Origin: Paraspadella gotoi
Taxonomy: Eukaryota; Animalia; Chaetognatha
Length of the DNA: 64,000 nucleotides
Assembly (NCBI GenBank): GCA_051294375.1
Contig: CM119263.1
Coordinates: 24,099,657 to 24,163,656 of the forward strand
Direction: 5' to 3'
A program made the position numbers and the translations under genes. How positions within the stretch are numbered: position 1 is the first letter of the stretch; each line of letters opens with the position of its first letter. The notes beneath the pieces were generated by a model. That model saw nothing but the letters and a program-made list of their open reading frames with translations. It was not told where the DNA came from and made no database searches. Positions 38,460 to 61,760 of this stretch are shown in pieces.

Positions 38460-40508
38460 CCTCTCGCTCGCATCTCCATCCTTTTCGAATTTGCTCGCGC
38501 TTCATTTAGACGACGTGTTATTCTCTGTATTTTCAGAGAAATTACTTAGTTTTTAAACTGGTCCTACATTCGAGGAGGCCAGGCTCGTTCCTCGAAAAAA
38601 CCCCGAGAGACGCTGTAAACGCCCTTGCAACGAACCTCTCTCTCTCTCCTCTCTCCTCATCTCTCTCTTCCCTCAATGTCTCTTCATCTCTCATCTCTCA
38701 TCTCATCTCTCATTCTAATCTCTCTTTTCTTACCTCTCCCTTCCCTTCTTCCTCTCCCATCCTCTCTCTCTGCTCCCGTATTTCCTTACGGTTTTCTATA
38801 TCCGTTTTTCTCCTGATCCCAGGAGCAAGCGGTTCCCCAGTTTTTAAGTGGGCGAATTCGCCAAACTCGTTGCCTTACTCTTTGCCTTACCTTTCGCCTT
38901 ACCTTTCGTTTTTCCCTTTCCATTCCTTTTCTTTCGTGTCTCCGCGCTAACTGGGCGTTTCGTCACGAAACCCAATTTTTTTTCCGCCCGCCCGTTTCTC
39001 CGTCAGTCCGTCCGTCAGTACGGCGACATCCGTTTCTTTATATTCTTTGGTTGTTGATTCGTGACTTGCCCGATTCCTTTCTTTTTCTATAATGTCCCCC
39101 GGGTTTATTGTTATTGGTTTTTTTGGGGGGCAGGGACTTCTAAATTATTTTTTTTTCATTCCCAAATAATTAACCTCTTTCATTCGCGATTATTGCAACA
39201 AATTGTACAGAAACAGGCTTCGGGAAATCTTCGTTGAAATGAGATGCCAAGGTCTTCCAACATAATACCATATTTCTTTTTATACCTTGGCTTGTAAAGT
39301 TATTATGAAGGCAATATATATTGTTTTTGCTCCTAGGAAGTCTGACCTTTTGTTGGCGATGCGAGAGACACTAGCGGCGTCTCGCGAAATTGAAAATCTC
39401 TTCCCCGGGAGGCGGCGGGGTGAATGAGATACGAAACGAGTTGTTTATTGATCGTCAACAACGATATAGATTACGTTTACTATAAGTATTCAAAACATTC
39501 ATAGCGAGACATTTTTTTTTTATATTTAACTGCTCATACTAAACGTTGGCTTTCTAACGTTACGTGACAGCGACAATTTGCGTGAATACATATAACATAG
39601 AATTTTCTGCAAATTATCTTTATAAATAATATAGTTAAATTTTACAATGATTGTACAATGTACAATGTACAATGTACATTTCTTGAGCATATGTCTCGTT
39701 CTCTTTCTCTCTCACTCGCATTCGATACTTCTACAGATCTACATTATATAACATATATTATTCCGTTTTAAATAATTAATATTCTTAGTCTTAAAGAATA
39801 TTTCCGCCTGCATTGCCCTTCAGCAAAAACTTATGTATACTTTCGGACCTCTTTAACTGAGAGGCTTTCGTCTCGTCTTCCAAAAAGCATCTTTTCTCAG
39901 AGGCGAGTCCAGATGACGTCAATGCCGCGACTCTCAACTCTCAACGCCATTTCTCATTTTTTTCTACGGATAATTCTAAAACAACGTCATTGACATAATT
40001 TTTAGCCTATATATCTGTAACCTGTATATCTTATTTTTGCTGACTTCTTTTTCCATATAACTCGCAACTCCTACCCTTGATGCCATTTATACTTTTTACC
40101 TTTTTCCTCTACCCGATGACGTCCGCTCCTTTACTCTCAACTTAAACCCTTTTTATTCAATTTTTGCCGCCTTCCTTTAAATCTCACCCACCCTCACCCA
40201 ACATCCAGATCTGAGACTCAATTTCTGCTGCCTCATTCTCAATTCCATTTCGATCGCACTTCATTCTTTCTCGCCTCACCCATTTCTTCTTTATGGGTCG
40301 GATCAACATATAAAAGCTCGGGCTCAGGCCCCCTCGAGTCTAAGGGGCCTCATCCGGCCCCAGCCCGGCGGCTCCGGCACTTTTGAATTCCTTCCCGGGA
40401 AAAAAAAATGGAAGAAATTCGAGTTAAGGAAGGAAAAATAAGATGTGAATATAATTATAAAGGTTTTCTTGGCGGCCCCTCTTCCGTACGTTGACATTGC
40501 GATACCAT

Positions 40509-40585
<77 letters not shown>

Positions 40586-41454
40586 CTTCCCCCGATTTCC
40601 CATTTCTCTTCAGCCTTCTGTGGCTTCGTAGTCGTATTTTTCTAGGGAGCCTTCCTTCGTAGAAATCTTGTTTCTCCAAAATCTACCCACTCCCAAATCT
40701 CTCCTTCTTTTAAATCTCCCCTCTCCCTAAATCTTTCCTCTCCAAAGTCTTCCCCGAATCAATTTCGCCGCCACCGGGAAGGAAATTCGATGCCCAAAAT
40801 ACGACCGAAATATCTTCAAAATGTGACAAAATTATGATCAATTTTTATGAGAAAAAAAAAGTAAGTTATATAGGGAGCGGTTTGATTAAATTCGACGGCG
40901 AAAGAGCCAAACACTCTATGACGTTGGGGACCAGTCATGTAAACATGCAACGTTGTAAGTTCAAGATTTTAATTGACATGAAATTGGTACAATCAATATA
41001 AAATTATCCATTCATTTTATAAATAGTCAGCTATCTTGTCCCTGACTTTGGACAGGCTTTGGTGGTTTAAGGCCTCCATCACTCTTACAAGATAATAACA
41101 TAGCAGGTCCCTGCAAGCTTTCAATCAAGACTCTCTCACAGTCTCGTTTATTCACTCCCAGAGTACCTGGCTTCCCTATCAATGAAGTGGTATAATGTTT
41201 CAAAGAATGTTTCAATTGTATGAAAAGACCACTCCCTTAAGTATTATGTTGGCGCGATTGAAAAATTTTACATATTTGAGATTACTGAACACGTTTTCGT
41301 AACAATGGTAAACCATCAAGTATTATGGCTTGATGTTTTTGATTGATTTTTCAATCGTAACCGACGATGTTACAAAAAAAATACTTTTGAAACTTGATAG
41401 AATATGGATAGAGCCAAACTTCGTCAATGGGGTGGGTCAGAAGTNNNNNNNNNN

Positions 41455-50133
<8,679 letters not shown>

Positions 50134-52590
50134 TCTCTCTCTCTCCCTGTCTTTCACAAAATGTGAATTCCTCCTAAAAGCCCGAGAAGAGATGTGAGGT
50201 GTGAAGATCCCACAAAATTCATTGGTGTCGAGACGCAAACTTTTGGTTCGATAGAAAAAAAAAATTAAAATTTCCATTTTTTGCTTTAAAAAAATGAAGG
50301 TTTTTAATCAAAGAGGAGAAAAGAGAAAAGATAGAAAAGAGATGAAAAAAAAGTGCAAGAATGAGAGAAAAACAGAAAGAGAGAAAAGGAAAACGAGAAG
50401 GAAAAATTAGAGAAAAACATAAAATACTGTAGGATAGAAGAGAGAAGGAAAAATAGAGAAAGATAGAAAAAGAGAGAAAACGAGTAAAACTAGAAAGCGA
50501 AAGAGAGAAAAAGAGATAGAAAAAGAGAGCAAAAAAGAGTAAAACTAGAAAGAGAAAGAGAGAAAAAGGTTCTCGATTTCTGCGTTTTTCCTCTCGTTTG
50601 GCCAAAACCTCATCGCTCTTCGCTCTTCGCGGGTTGAAGGACTTCGACTCGGAGAAGCCATTTTCTTCGCTCTGTACATCGAGTTGTAGCGAAATAATTT
50701 GCATAATAAGAAACTATGAAATCCCGGAATCTTTACCCACTTTTTTTTTTTTTTTTTTTTTGAGAAAAAAACAAGACGAAAGTCAAAATTGAATTAAGAA
50801 GCTTAAAGAGGAAACCGTTTAGGCAATTAGACTATTCATTTTCAAGTAATCAAACATTCACGAAAAAATGTAGGACGAGTGAGTCATAAAACTCAACTGA
50901 TTCCATAAATTCTGTTTAAAGTCGCTATTGACCTCAATAAAGAGAATGTCATTCGCTAATTCGCCCGCCGCGAAAACCCTATGAACGCTCAACTTTTAGT
51001 CCTACTTTTTATTCTCTGGTTCGTCGACTTCCAAGGAAAATGGCGGATTCAGCTTTTTTTTTTTTTTACGTAAAAGAGTTGGAAAGTGAAGAGAGGGAAT
51101 TGTAGGAGGGAAGGAGGGGAGGAGGAAGGGGCGTGAAAGGGAGGGAGGAAAGAAAAGAAATTGGGGAAAGAGAGAGGAAAGAGAGGAATGATAAGATGGG
51201 GGAAGTGAGAGGAAAGGGAGGAATGGAAAGATGGGGGAAGTGAGAGGAAAGGGAGGAATCGAAAGATGTAAAGGAAAATACCGAGAATTGAAGGAAGGAG
51301 AAAATATTACGAGAAGAAAAGGACCGAAACGAAAAGATAGCAATCACTTGAAAACTACCAACTACGAATCTTCATGATTAGAGAACTTGGAACTCGGAGA
51401 GATCACGATTTCATAATCTATCTAGTTTTAATTCAAGTTCGTTAACGTCTCAGTTAGTGTTAAAACTCAAAACTCACAACAGTGACTGTAATCTTCACTA
51501 GATTTATTTTTTTTGGAGGGGGAGAATGAAAACTTCATATCCAAGCGTCGATTTGTCTTCATCCGCTGCTTAATTGAACCGCGCGACGAGAATTCTCAAG
51601 TTTGGTAAGAGAAAAGAAAAGATGGGGGGGCGGAGATGGAGGAAGAGAAGAAGGAATAAACCGAGGAGGAGATGGAGAAGGGAAGGAAGAAGGGATGGAG
51701 AAGGGATGGAGAAGGGATGGAAAAGGTGGAAACGGAGGCAGCGGCGGCGTCGGCGTCGTAGGCGGTGGCGCCGCCAGCGGCTTGGAAATTCGGCGACGGA
51801 CGCCATCTGCTTTTTTTTTTCGTTCCGCGAACATTAATCGAATTAACGAATTATGGAAGGGTAAGGCGAACCCTCGGCGGGTGAGGGAACGCAAGACGGG
51901 TCAGATTAGGATCAGGAACGGGTTTTTTTTTTCACTGCGTTCCAACTGTCTGAGGTTTATCAAATTTTTTTATTTTATCAACATTACCTTCCCACTCTAT
52001 CCATGATTTCTATGGCGAGTCTCATTCCTTATACTCTCCTTCTTTCTCCCTTTTCTCTCCCTAGCCTCTCACATCATCCCCTTCCTCTCCTTCTCCCCCC
52101 CCTCAGTCTCACACGACAAAAAAGTGTCCTTCTCACCAGAAAAAAAAAGAGGGAAATTTGCTTGTAATGAGGTTTATCATCAGAAAATGAGGCCGAGTGG
52201 TGATTTGGTGATTTGGTGACTGATAACAGGCGACGGGCTTTTTTTTAGAGACTGGTGAGTCATGAAACGACTGAGTTCTTTCGAATAGTGCTAATTAAAA
52301 TGTGAGTCGCCCTAATAAACGTTAATGTGAAAGTCGAGTTCAGTGTGGTTCGTGAATTTTGTGTCTCTTGTCTCCATTCGAGTCGAGACTCGATCGGACT
52401 TTGGCCTGCGACACCCTCCCACGCACCGTCGTCGTCGTCGTCGTTGGGAAACTCATCGTCTTTCTCATCGTCGTCGTCATCGTCATCATCGTCGTCGCAG
52501 TCCCTCTCAATTTGCACTCTGTTCCTCTCTCTTTTTTTGTCTATTAAGCATCCGTTCCATCGGTTCCATCATTTTCTCAGACTCATTTGC

Positions 52591-52660
<70 letters not shown>

Positions 52661-53499
52661 GACATTTCGAAAGCAGACGTCAGTCAAGTTTTCATTTCGA
52701 CGCAAAAGACATTTCTCGTTAACAATCCGTTGCTCATCAATAAGAAAAAGATAAATTGTGCAATAACAATCGAAAATTAGGCTGCATTCTATTTATATTT
52801 TAGGGTCGTTGTCATCGACTAATTTTCGTCTGCTCATGACATTCCAGTTCATATGCGAACGTTGCTGATAAGTCAAAGGTCATTCTCACGTCCACAACTT
52901 TTCGGACGAACGAAAAAGCCAATTATTTCCGACTCTTTTTTCAATGCTTAAACCATCTAGACGTCAACGCCGTCCAAATGCCATTAAAATGCCAGTCTCT
53001 TTCCACGAGCCTTTAATTTTCGTAGAAGCCACTTGAGCGAGACAACTTCGAACATTTGACCTCGTGTTAATTGAAAACAATTTTAATCGTCTCTCTCTCT
53101 CTCTCTCAGTCGTGGAAACTTTTCGTTTCCATTCGCGTCATTTCCGCACGAATTCCATTCGCTCGAAAACGTCTCCATTTGTCGTTATCATCGTCGTCGT
53201 AGTCGTCGACATCGTCGTTGTCGTCGTAGTCGTCGGCACAGTTGTCGACGAAAAAACTTTACTTTTCGAGGCGTGTTGGTTTTTTTTTTCTTTTTTTTCT
53301 TTCTTTTCCCTCCGGATTCTTTTCTTTTTTGTTCGCTAATTCGATTTGGGTCAGTTTTGTTCTCTCTCCCCTTTTTCGGTTTTTAGTTTGGCTTTTTCGG
53401 TTGTTATCTTTTCCTTTCCATTTCTCCCTTCTCTCTCTTTTTTCCTTTTCCATGCTCCCGTTACCAGACTTACCATTCCTTCTAATTTTGGCCCCTTAT

Positions 53500-53620
53500 T
53501 TTTATTTGCGCCGCGAGTACTCGCGGAGCGACTCTATGAGACAGTTGGGGGTCGGTATGTCGGTCTGTCGGTCGGTATGTCTTTCCGTCGGTCTGTCCAA
53601 CTTACTTACTTACTTACTTG
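53500..53620 (+). mobile_element. Helentron/HINE (DINE-1-like) non-autonomous element end
   Basis: T-rich start, 16-bp palindrome CCGCGAGTACTCGCGG (53511-53526), GAGCGACTCTAT, then GTCG/GTCT-type tetranucleotide repeats and (ACTT)n. Confidence 0.4.
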
Positions 53621-54588
53621 CACTTTTGTCATTTTTGCTGAGAATCTCGAATCTAAGCGACTACTAGCGCTACCTTTGGTTTTTTTACCGAAATCGTATA
53701 AAGAAAAAAAGACGGAATCCCAATGCAGCGCGGGTTGATTGCTTATTGGTAGTCAAGTGATCAACCGGAAAAGCACGTGATAAGGCAGTTGCTGCGGCGC
53801 AACGCATTTGAATTACCGTTCTTGTTTCTTTCCCCTCTTTTCCTTTTTTTCTCTCCCATTTTTTTCATTTTCCTTTCTTTCGAATACAATTCCGCCTGCC
53901 GCCCTTTTCCTCCAATGGCTCCATCAAAAGTCAACCTCTGACCCCTGATTCCTAAACTGACCCCTGATGGATCCGACCCCATTGTCCTCACAACGCCGTC
54001 AATCTTTCCCCATTTCCAATTTTCTCGACTCCCATTTTCTTTCCTCCACTTTTCTCAACCACGGGTCCGGTTCCATTTTGTGAGTTCGTCCTTTATTTCT
54101 TTATCTTTCCATGTACTTAAACTTTGTATCAATTTATCATTTGCTGAATATACAGATTTCTTTCATACCTCTAATCCATTTCGCTTTATTTTATCTGTAT
54201 TTTACCTAAAATCATACTTTTTTCATACCCACTTCTGTTTCCGTCTTGGCTAAGAGCCAAGCCTATCCTGGTCATTCCTCTCTTTCATCCAGACCTTTTC
54301 AATATTTTATTTTCCCTTTAGTCCCTTGATTCTTCTCCTCACTTGTCCTATCCCCCTTCCACCCCCCCCCCCCACCTTGCCCTCATCCATTTTGTCATCT
54401 CTTTTTGCGAACCTAAAAAAAAAAAAAAAAAAAAGAATAAAAAAGAATAAAAAAGAATAAAAAACAGCCTCATGTCCTGTTTTCTCGTTTTTCGACGGAT
54501 TTGTTTCGTTGATCCGATGTCTGAGGGAGACTCCTTTTCTATTGCCTCTCTCTATCCTATCTCTTCTCTCGTCTGCTCTTCTATCTCT

Positions 54589-54635
<47 letters not shown>

Positions 54636-55514
54636 CTTCTCTCTCTCTCTCTCTCTCTCTCCCTCCCTCCCTCTTCTCCCCTCTCCCCATCTCCGCGGAG
54701 TGACGCTAAGTCTTTTCTTTCAGCACCTGACTTAGCCAGTTGTTCGCTCTTTTCATTTTTTTTCTTTATTTTTTAGTTTTTCCCCGGTTTTTTTGTGCGC
54801 GGTGATATGATGATCCCCTTATTAGTAAAGGAAGCACGTTCTTGAGGACAACTCACTCTTCCCGATACCTCGTTTGCCTTTTCCTGTCAAATTCAATGAC
54901 CCCCCATGCCACTCATTTTTTCCTTCTCCACGACCTTTCTTTCCTTGTTGCCACTCACTCTGCCACAACAACTTCTCCTCTTCCTCTGCTACTTCCACTT
55001 TCTCTATTTACTATTTCCCTTTCTCTGCCACTCCCACTTTCCCCTTTGCCACTCTCAACTCTTTGCCACTTCCACCGCCTTTTATTTCCTCTGTTTGCTC
55101 TTTTGTTTATTCCCTTCAATCGTTTTATTTATTTTTAATTACTCCGGATCGATTTTTTATTCTCTCGGTTCTCGGAAAAGTGGACGACGTCGCATGAAAG
55201 CCTCTGAAATTATCGCTTCAATTCAACGTTGGACAACCTTATTCTCTTTTTAAATGATGTGTTGTTGTATAAGACAATTGTGACGTGTCAGAAACGAAAC
55301 CCCAATATTCTCTTTCAAAAAAAGAAAAAGAAATGAAAATAACAAAAAGGACTTCACGATAGATTGATCACTGATCCCTTCACTTCCCTTTTGTTTCTCC
55401 GATCTTTTTTTTTCCACGTGAAAAACCAAGGCAGCGACACCTAAAGTCTCGAGGGAAAAGAAAATAACAAAAGTCATCGGCGTCGAAAAAAAAATATGGC
55501 GGATGTTGTGTTCG

Positions 55515-55582
<68 letters not shown>

Positions 55583-57443
55583 AATGAAATGGTGATTAGG
55601 GAATTCGAGGCGCGAGTGGTATACTTCACCTGCGGTCGGTGGTTGGATTGGAAAGCGTCGAAAAGGTTCGTACGGTGGCGAGGTCTTTGGAAGAGTGAAA
55701 ACGAGAACAAAATCTCAACAGAAAGAGTAGAGTTTTTGGAGTCACGAAGAAACACTTTCGACAGTGATCGTTGTGGCAAGTGGCGGTGTCGTCAGTGGCA
55801 TCGGTTACCGTCTTTGCCATCAACAAGGAGACCATTTACCACTTGGGGAAAAAAAGGGTAAAAGGGAAAAAGTGTCGGTAAACGTTGGCGGAGAAATGGA
55901 GCGGGATTTTTGCTCCATTACGACAATTAGCTTTTTCCTAATGGCGCGAGGAGTCGTCGTTTACATCGTCGTCTTCGTCGTCGTCGTCGTCGTGTTTTCC
56001 GTCAAAACTAAAAAAAAAAACGAGAGTCAAAAGCGAAAGATTTGCATTTTTTTTTGTATGGTTGAGCAAAGGAAGTTGTCGCAATTGAAGCAATGCAAAA
56101 AAAAATAAAAATCTCTCATACAAAAATCCTCTTTATGCCTATGAAATGCATCGATATTCCTAATCGAGGCTTCTAAACCCTCTCCCCCACAAACCCCCTT
56201 TCAGTTTATCGGTCATCGTTGCCCCCTCTCTTTTTCCTCATCCCCCCAAAAACAAAAAACAAAAGGCTCCTGATTTTCATTATTCTTGATCTTTTTCGAC
56301 GTCAGCGCGAGAAAAGCGGCGACCTCCTTCCATCATTTCCGGTTAAGAGAGAAGCCACTTTGGGCAGAGTTTTTTTTTTCTCTCTCTCTCGCCCGACCGA
56401 ACGTTTGGCCTCTGGGGTTCGACGGCCATACTTTCGACCTCGCTTTATGAAAATATGTCGCTTTTATGGAAATTTGAAAGGATGTTCTTTTGTTTTTATT
56501 TGTTTTTTATTTTGTATTACATTTAAAAAGAATATTTTAGGTATAGCTCAACCTTGTTTGAAATCTACCGCGGTTTCGGTCCCGACTAAAAATGTAAATG
56601 ATTCGTCCCAAGAAACCAAATCGCGTGTTGAGATATACTATTTGAAAAAAAAAGGGAAAGAAAGGAAGGAAAAGAAAGAAAGACAAAAGAGATTTTATGG
56701 AATAAAAATCAAGACTTAGGCTGCAAGACAGAGAAAAGAGAAAACCAGTAATGAAAAAAGAATGGGGATTTTTTTCGAAATTTTGTTTGTCAAGAAAAAA
56801 GAAAATTTAATCAGAAAAGAAAAGATTCAAACGAGAGAAAGAAAGAAAAGAGAGAGAACAAACGACGCACGAGAAAACAGTTTTGGGGTAAAAAAGAAAA
56901 AAAGTTTTGAAAAAAAAAAGGATAATAAAACTGAAACTCTGACTCGATATGAAAATGAGTGAGAGAAGATCAAAGTTTGAAGGAAAAAGAAAAACGGAGG
57001 AAAGAAAAATGAAAGGAAGGAAAGAAGGGGGCAGGAGGAAAGAGATAAGGGGATTAGAAAGAAATCCTCGAGAAAGATAAAAAAAAAGAAGGGTTAGATA
57101 GAGGGGAAGAAGAGAGGAGAGAGCGCAGGAGAGTTGGGAAGAAAGGGGAGAAGAGAAGAGAGAAGAGAAAAGATGAGAGAGAATGAAAGGAGGAATCAGA
57201 AGAGAGAAGTAACGGAAAGAAAGACAGAACAAAAGATAGGAGATAGGAAATAAAGTAGGGTAAGAAGATAGGTAAGGGATTTAAGCCAAAATATGAAAAG
57301 AGAAGAGAGAGGAAATGAAAAAGAGAAGAAAGGGAAAAGAAAGTGGAAGAAGAGAGGAACGAAGTCGAAGCGCGGTTATTGAGCGAAGGCGGGATGCAAG
57401 TCAAGGGCAAAGGGTCAGCGTATGAAGAAAAAAAATCATCTCC

Positions 57444-57507
<64 letters not shown>

Positions 57508-58505
57508 GTTTTATTTTGAATATTTTATAAACTGAAATCATTTATTCATTTTATTGGAAAGGAAATGAATCATGATGAAACTTAAGATATAAACAAAGCC
57601 AATAAGAACATGTAGATTAAATTCTGTTCGCGTCTCTCGACCATCAGGATAACGACGACGACAACAACAACAACAACGAACTGAGGACGATGTCATCGTG
57701 AGTTGACGATTTTCTCGTCGATAAAAAACGAAAGGAGGCTGACAATGACTGCGACGACGACGACCACGCTGACATCGATGATTTCAATAAAATTGGTGAC
57801 AACGACGACAACGACGAAGACAATGACGTCGCAAACAATGAAAACGATAGTGGCAACGACGACGACGACGACTCCATCGATTTTGTCTTACCTTTCCTCC
57901 ATTTTCCGGCCCATCGATCGCGCCCTTTCCTTTTTCCTTCTTTTCGCTTTTCTCCCGAACGTGCGAACCGGGCGCCGTTCGGGTGGGCCCGGGCTTTTGA
58001 CGGCCCTGAGCGTGCGAACCGGCGCCCAAAAACTGGAATCGGTCGTTCGTTGCCGCCGCTTTTCTCCCGTGTACGCCATCTAACGCAAGATGCTTCGAGT
58101 TCAAATTCAGTTGAATTTAATTATATGTCCCCTTAAAAACTAAACCGAAGATACTTATATCTAATCGGGTCTTTATTTTTTTTTCCTTTGTCCTTAGTCT
58201 AATGTTTTCGTTTTTAAACTGTATTTTGTTTTTATTTTTCATCTTTATCTTTTATTTCACATAAATCCCCTTTTTTCTTCTCTCAATTCTATATTAAACC
58301 GTCTTTTTTCCTCTCCATTTCTCAAATCCTTTCTTTCAATCTCTTCAGTTTCAGACTTTTAAAATATCTTTCTAAGTTTTTTATCTCTATTTTTTTCTTT
58401 TATCTTTTTTTCTTTTCTTCTTTTCTTTCCTCTTCTTTCCTCTGTTCACCAAATTTCCATGTCTTGGATTTCTCTCTTTTTTTTTAGGAATTCGAGGTTC
58501 AGTGA

Positions 58506-58566
<61 letters not shown>

Positions 58567-59670
58567 ACTTATTTATTTAAAGTTCTTTTTTTTTACATCA
58601 TGTCCTTTTCTTTATCCAGCTTTGTTTTTCTCTCTTGTCTTGTTTCTAATCTTTTTCCTAAATCTCTTCTCTCCCCTTAATATTCTCCCTTTCCCCCCTC
58701 CCCCATCCCCTTAATCTATTTCGTGTTGCATAAGAAGATTAACGTTTATTTCGTTGATGTTGCTGATGTTGTTGTTGGTGATGCGACGGTTGATGTTCCT
58801 CGCCTGCCCTTCGATTTTCGCGACGCCATCTCCATAATGGCGCCGCCATCTCCGCAATCTCCCATTTCCATAATGGCGTTGCTTGGCCTGCTTTTTTTTT
58901 ACCGTCTTCGTGGCCAGGCGTTGCTCGGAAGTTTCGGTCGCGCACCGAGTGACCGACCGACCGACAGACGTAAAGATCGAAGGACAGGCGAGATGGTTAA
59001 GCCCGCGAGTTGCAAGTCTTTCCTGGGCAATCCATTAACAACAACGACGACAAACCGAAATGCGGAGAGTCGAAGTCAGAGTCTGAATCTTGGGATGAAG
59101 ATTCTATTTCGGGATCTCGAGAAATGGGAATGGAATGAGGGAAGAGGGAGGGAGAAAGGGGGGAAGGGAGGAAGGGAGGAAGAAGAGAAAGAGAAATGGG
59201 GGAAGGGAAACTGGGAAAAGGGAAAGAGGAAGGGAAAAGGGTAAGAGAGAAAAGAAAGAGGGATTGGGAATGAATAAATAATAAGGAAAGAGGAGAAAAG
59301 GGAAGAGGGTAAGGAGATGATAAAGGGGAGGAAAAAGCGGGGGAAGTGAAAAGGGAAGAGAGAGAAAAGGAAAAAGTGAACGGGGAATAATTGAGAAAAA
59401 AAAAGATGGAAAAAAGGGAGATATAAAAGAAGGAAAAAGAAAAAAGAATTGAGGAGAAAGAATGTACAAAGGGAAAGGAGTACAAGAAAACAAAAAGAGA
59501 GAGAGAAAAAGAGAAAAAATAAGAGGGAGGAAATTTAGTTAAAAATCGGGAAAAGAAAAAGTCTTGACCAGAAAAGATATAAATGAAAGGAAAAAATAAA
59601 AGCTGGTCGCGACCCCGCATCGAGGAGCCGCCCACTGGGAGGTGATGGCGACTCTTTGGCGAGTGTGAGG

Positions 59671-59757
<87 letters not shown>

Positions 59758-59975
59758 GAAAAAGAGAGTTAATATCACAAACACAACCCCTCTTCATTCC
59801 ACTTCTTTTCTTTTCCATTCCACCTTCAATTCCTTCTCTTTCAACCTCGATTCTACCCTCAGATTCCACTCCACCGCCCTTTGCAGCATCCGCCCCTCGT
59901 CCGCCGCCCATTTCCCCGCCTTTCGCCATTTTCTTCGCCGCTAAAACCGGAAACGATTCCGGAATTAAGCTACGA

Positions 59976-60280
<305 letters not shown>

Positions 60281-61323
60281 GTGGAGTTAATTCATCTTCA
60301 TACCTGAGATCCGAGGGAGAGAATGGTTTCGGGGTTAGGAATTGGTTCGGCTTGAGTCTTGATCGAGAAAGGCGAAAAGATTGGTGGAAGACGGTGCCAT
60401 ATAGACTATATAGACTATATTAAGTGGAGATCAATAAGAAAATAAAACCGACAAATGAAATCTAAAAAAATTCCAAAAGTTGTTTTGCTTTATCATCTTT
60501 TCAACAGAAGTCGCAAAACTTTGAAACTTATTTACTATTTAGAAATGTTTTTTAGCATTGCTTTTACAAGACTAAATTTGTCTTTCTGTCTTTCTGTTCT
60601 TCTGTCTTTATGAAAATGAATGCCATATTGAGCCAAATCGATTCCATTCGTTTGTCCGATTTCAATTGAAATATATTCGTTTTATTTTTACTCCGTATCT
60701 CTTTATCTTTATTCTATCTTTATCTTTAATCTCTATCTTTATCTTTACTCAACGTATGGTGCAAGACGGTGATGATTCGTTGCGCTTTATATTTTTCCTT
60801 TTCCTTAAAAGTACAATTGATCCCTGGCGCATTAACACTTTCCATCCTCCATCGCGAAAAGGGGGAAAGGGGAGAGAAATCGGTCGGTCAGTCGGTCGAT
60901 TGGTTGGTCGGCCGGTCGGTCGGCGCCAAAAAAAAAAGCCGGCGATGAATAAATTCATGAATCAATGAAAGGAAATCGATGAATCAATAAAAGGACGAAT
61001 GAACGAAGAAAAAATAATTGAATGAATGAATTCATGAGGGAGGAAAATGAACGGCGAACGAGGAGCCGAGAAGACGGGAAGTGGGGGGGAAGAAAAAAAG
61101 GAATTGAAAGAAAGGAAAAGGAAATAAAGGAGAAGAAGGAAATGGAAATTAAGGAGAATGGGGTAAAAGGGGGGGAAGATCTTTGGGAAAGGGCGCGCGT
61201 TCGAGTAAATCTGCAGATAAAAAAAAAGGTGAAAAAAAGGAAGAAAAATCGTTGAAAGCGAAGAATAAATCGATTTTCATGAGGAAACGTCTCGCTCTCC
61301 CGTCAAACTCACCGTCCCGGAAA

Positions 61324-61432
<109 letters not shown>

Positions 61433-61760
61433 TATTTTGTCGCAATAAGAATTACTGAATAAAAATAAGGTTAAATGGTATAGAAATATAAATCCAAGTC
61501 ACAAAATTTTCAACAGAAGAAAATCAAAACAATAGAATCGATGTAGAGAAAAGGGATAAGAAAAGGTGACGGAAAAAATGGTAAGTAGAAAAGGAAAGGG
61601 AAAAGGAACTGAATGGTAAGGTCTAAGAAATAATGGGAAACAAGTTTCGATTTCACGAAAAAGAAAAAAAAAAACATCAAACAGAAATTCTAATTTTTTT
61701 TTTCCTTTTTTTCTTTTTCCCTTTTATGCGATTCGTCGTCGTCATCGTCGTCGCCGACAG

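Noticed and set aside
55585-55670. PLAT/LH2-like motif MVIREFEARVVYFTCGRWLD
   Set aside because: Short resemblance only. It is directly preceded by a (GA)n tract with no pyrimidine-rich acceptor, and the rest of the domain is absent.
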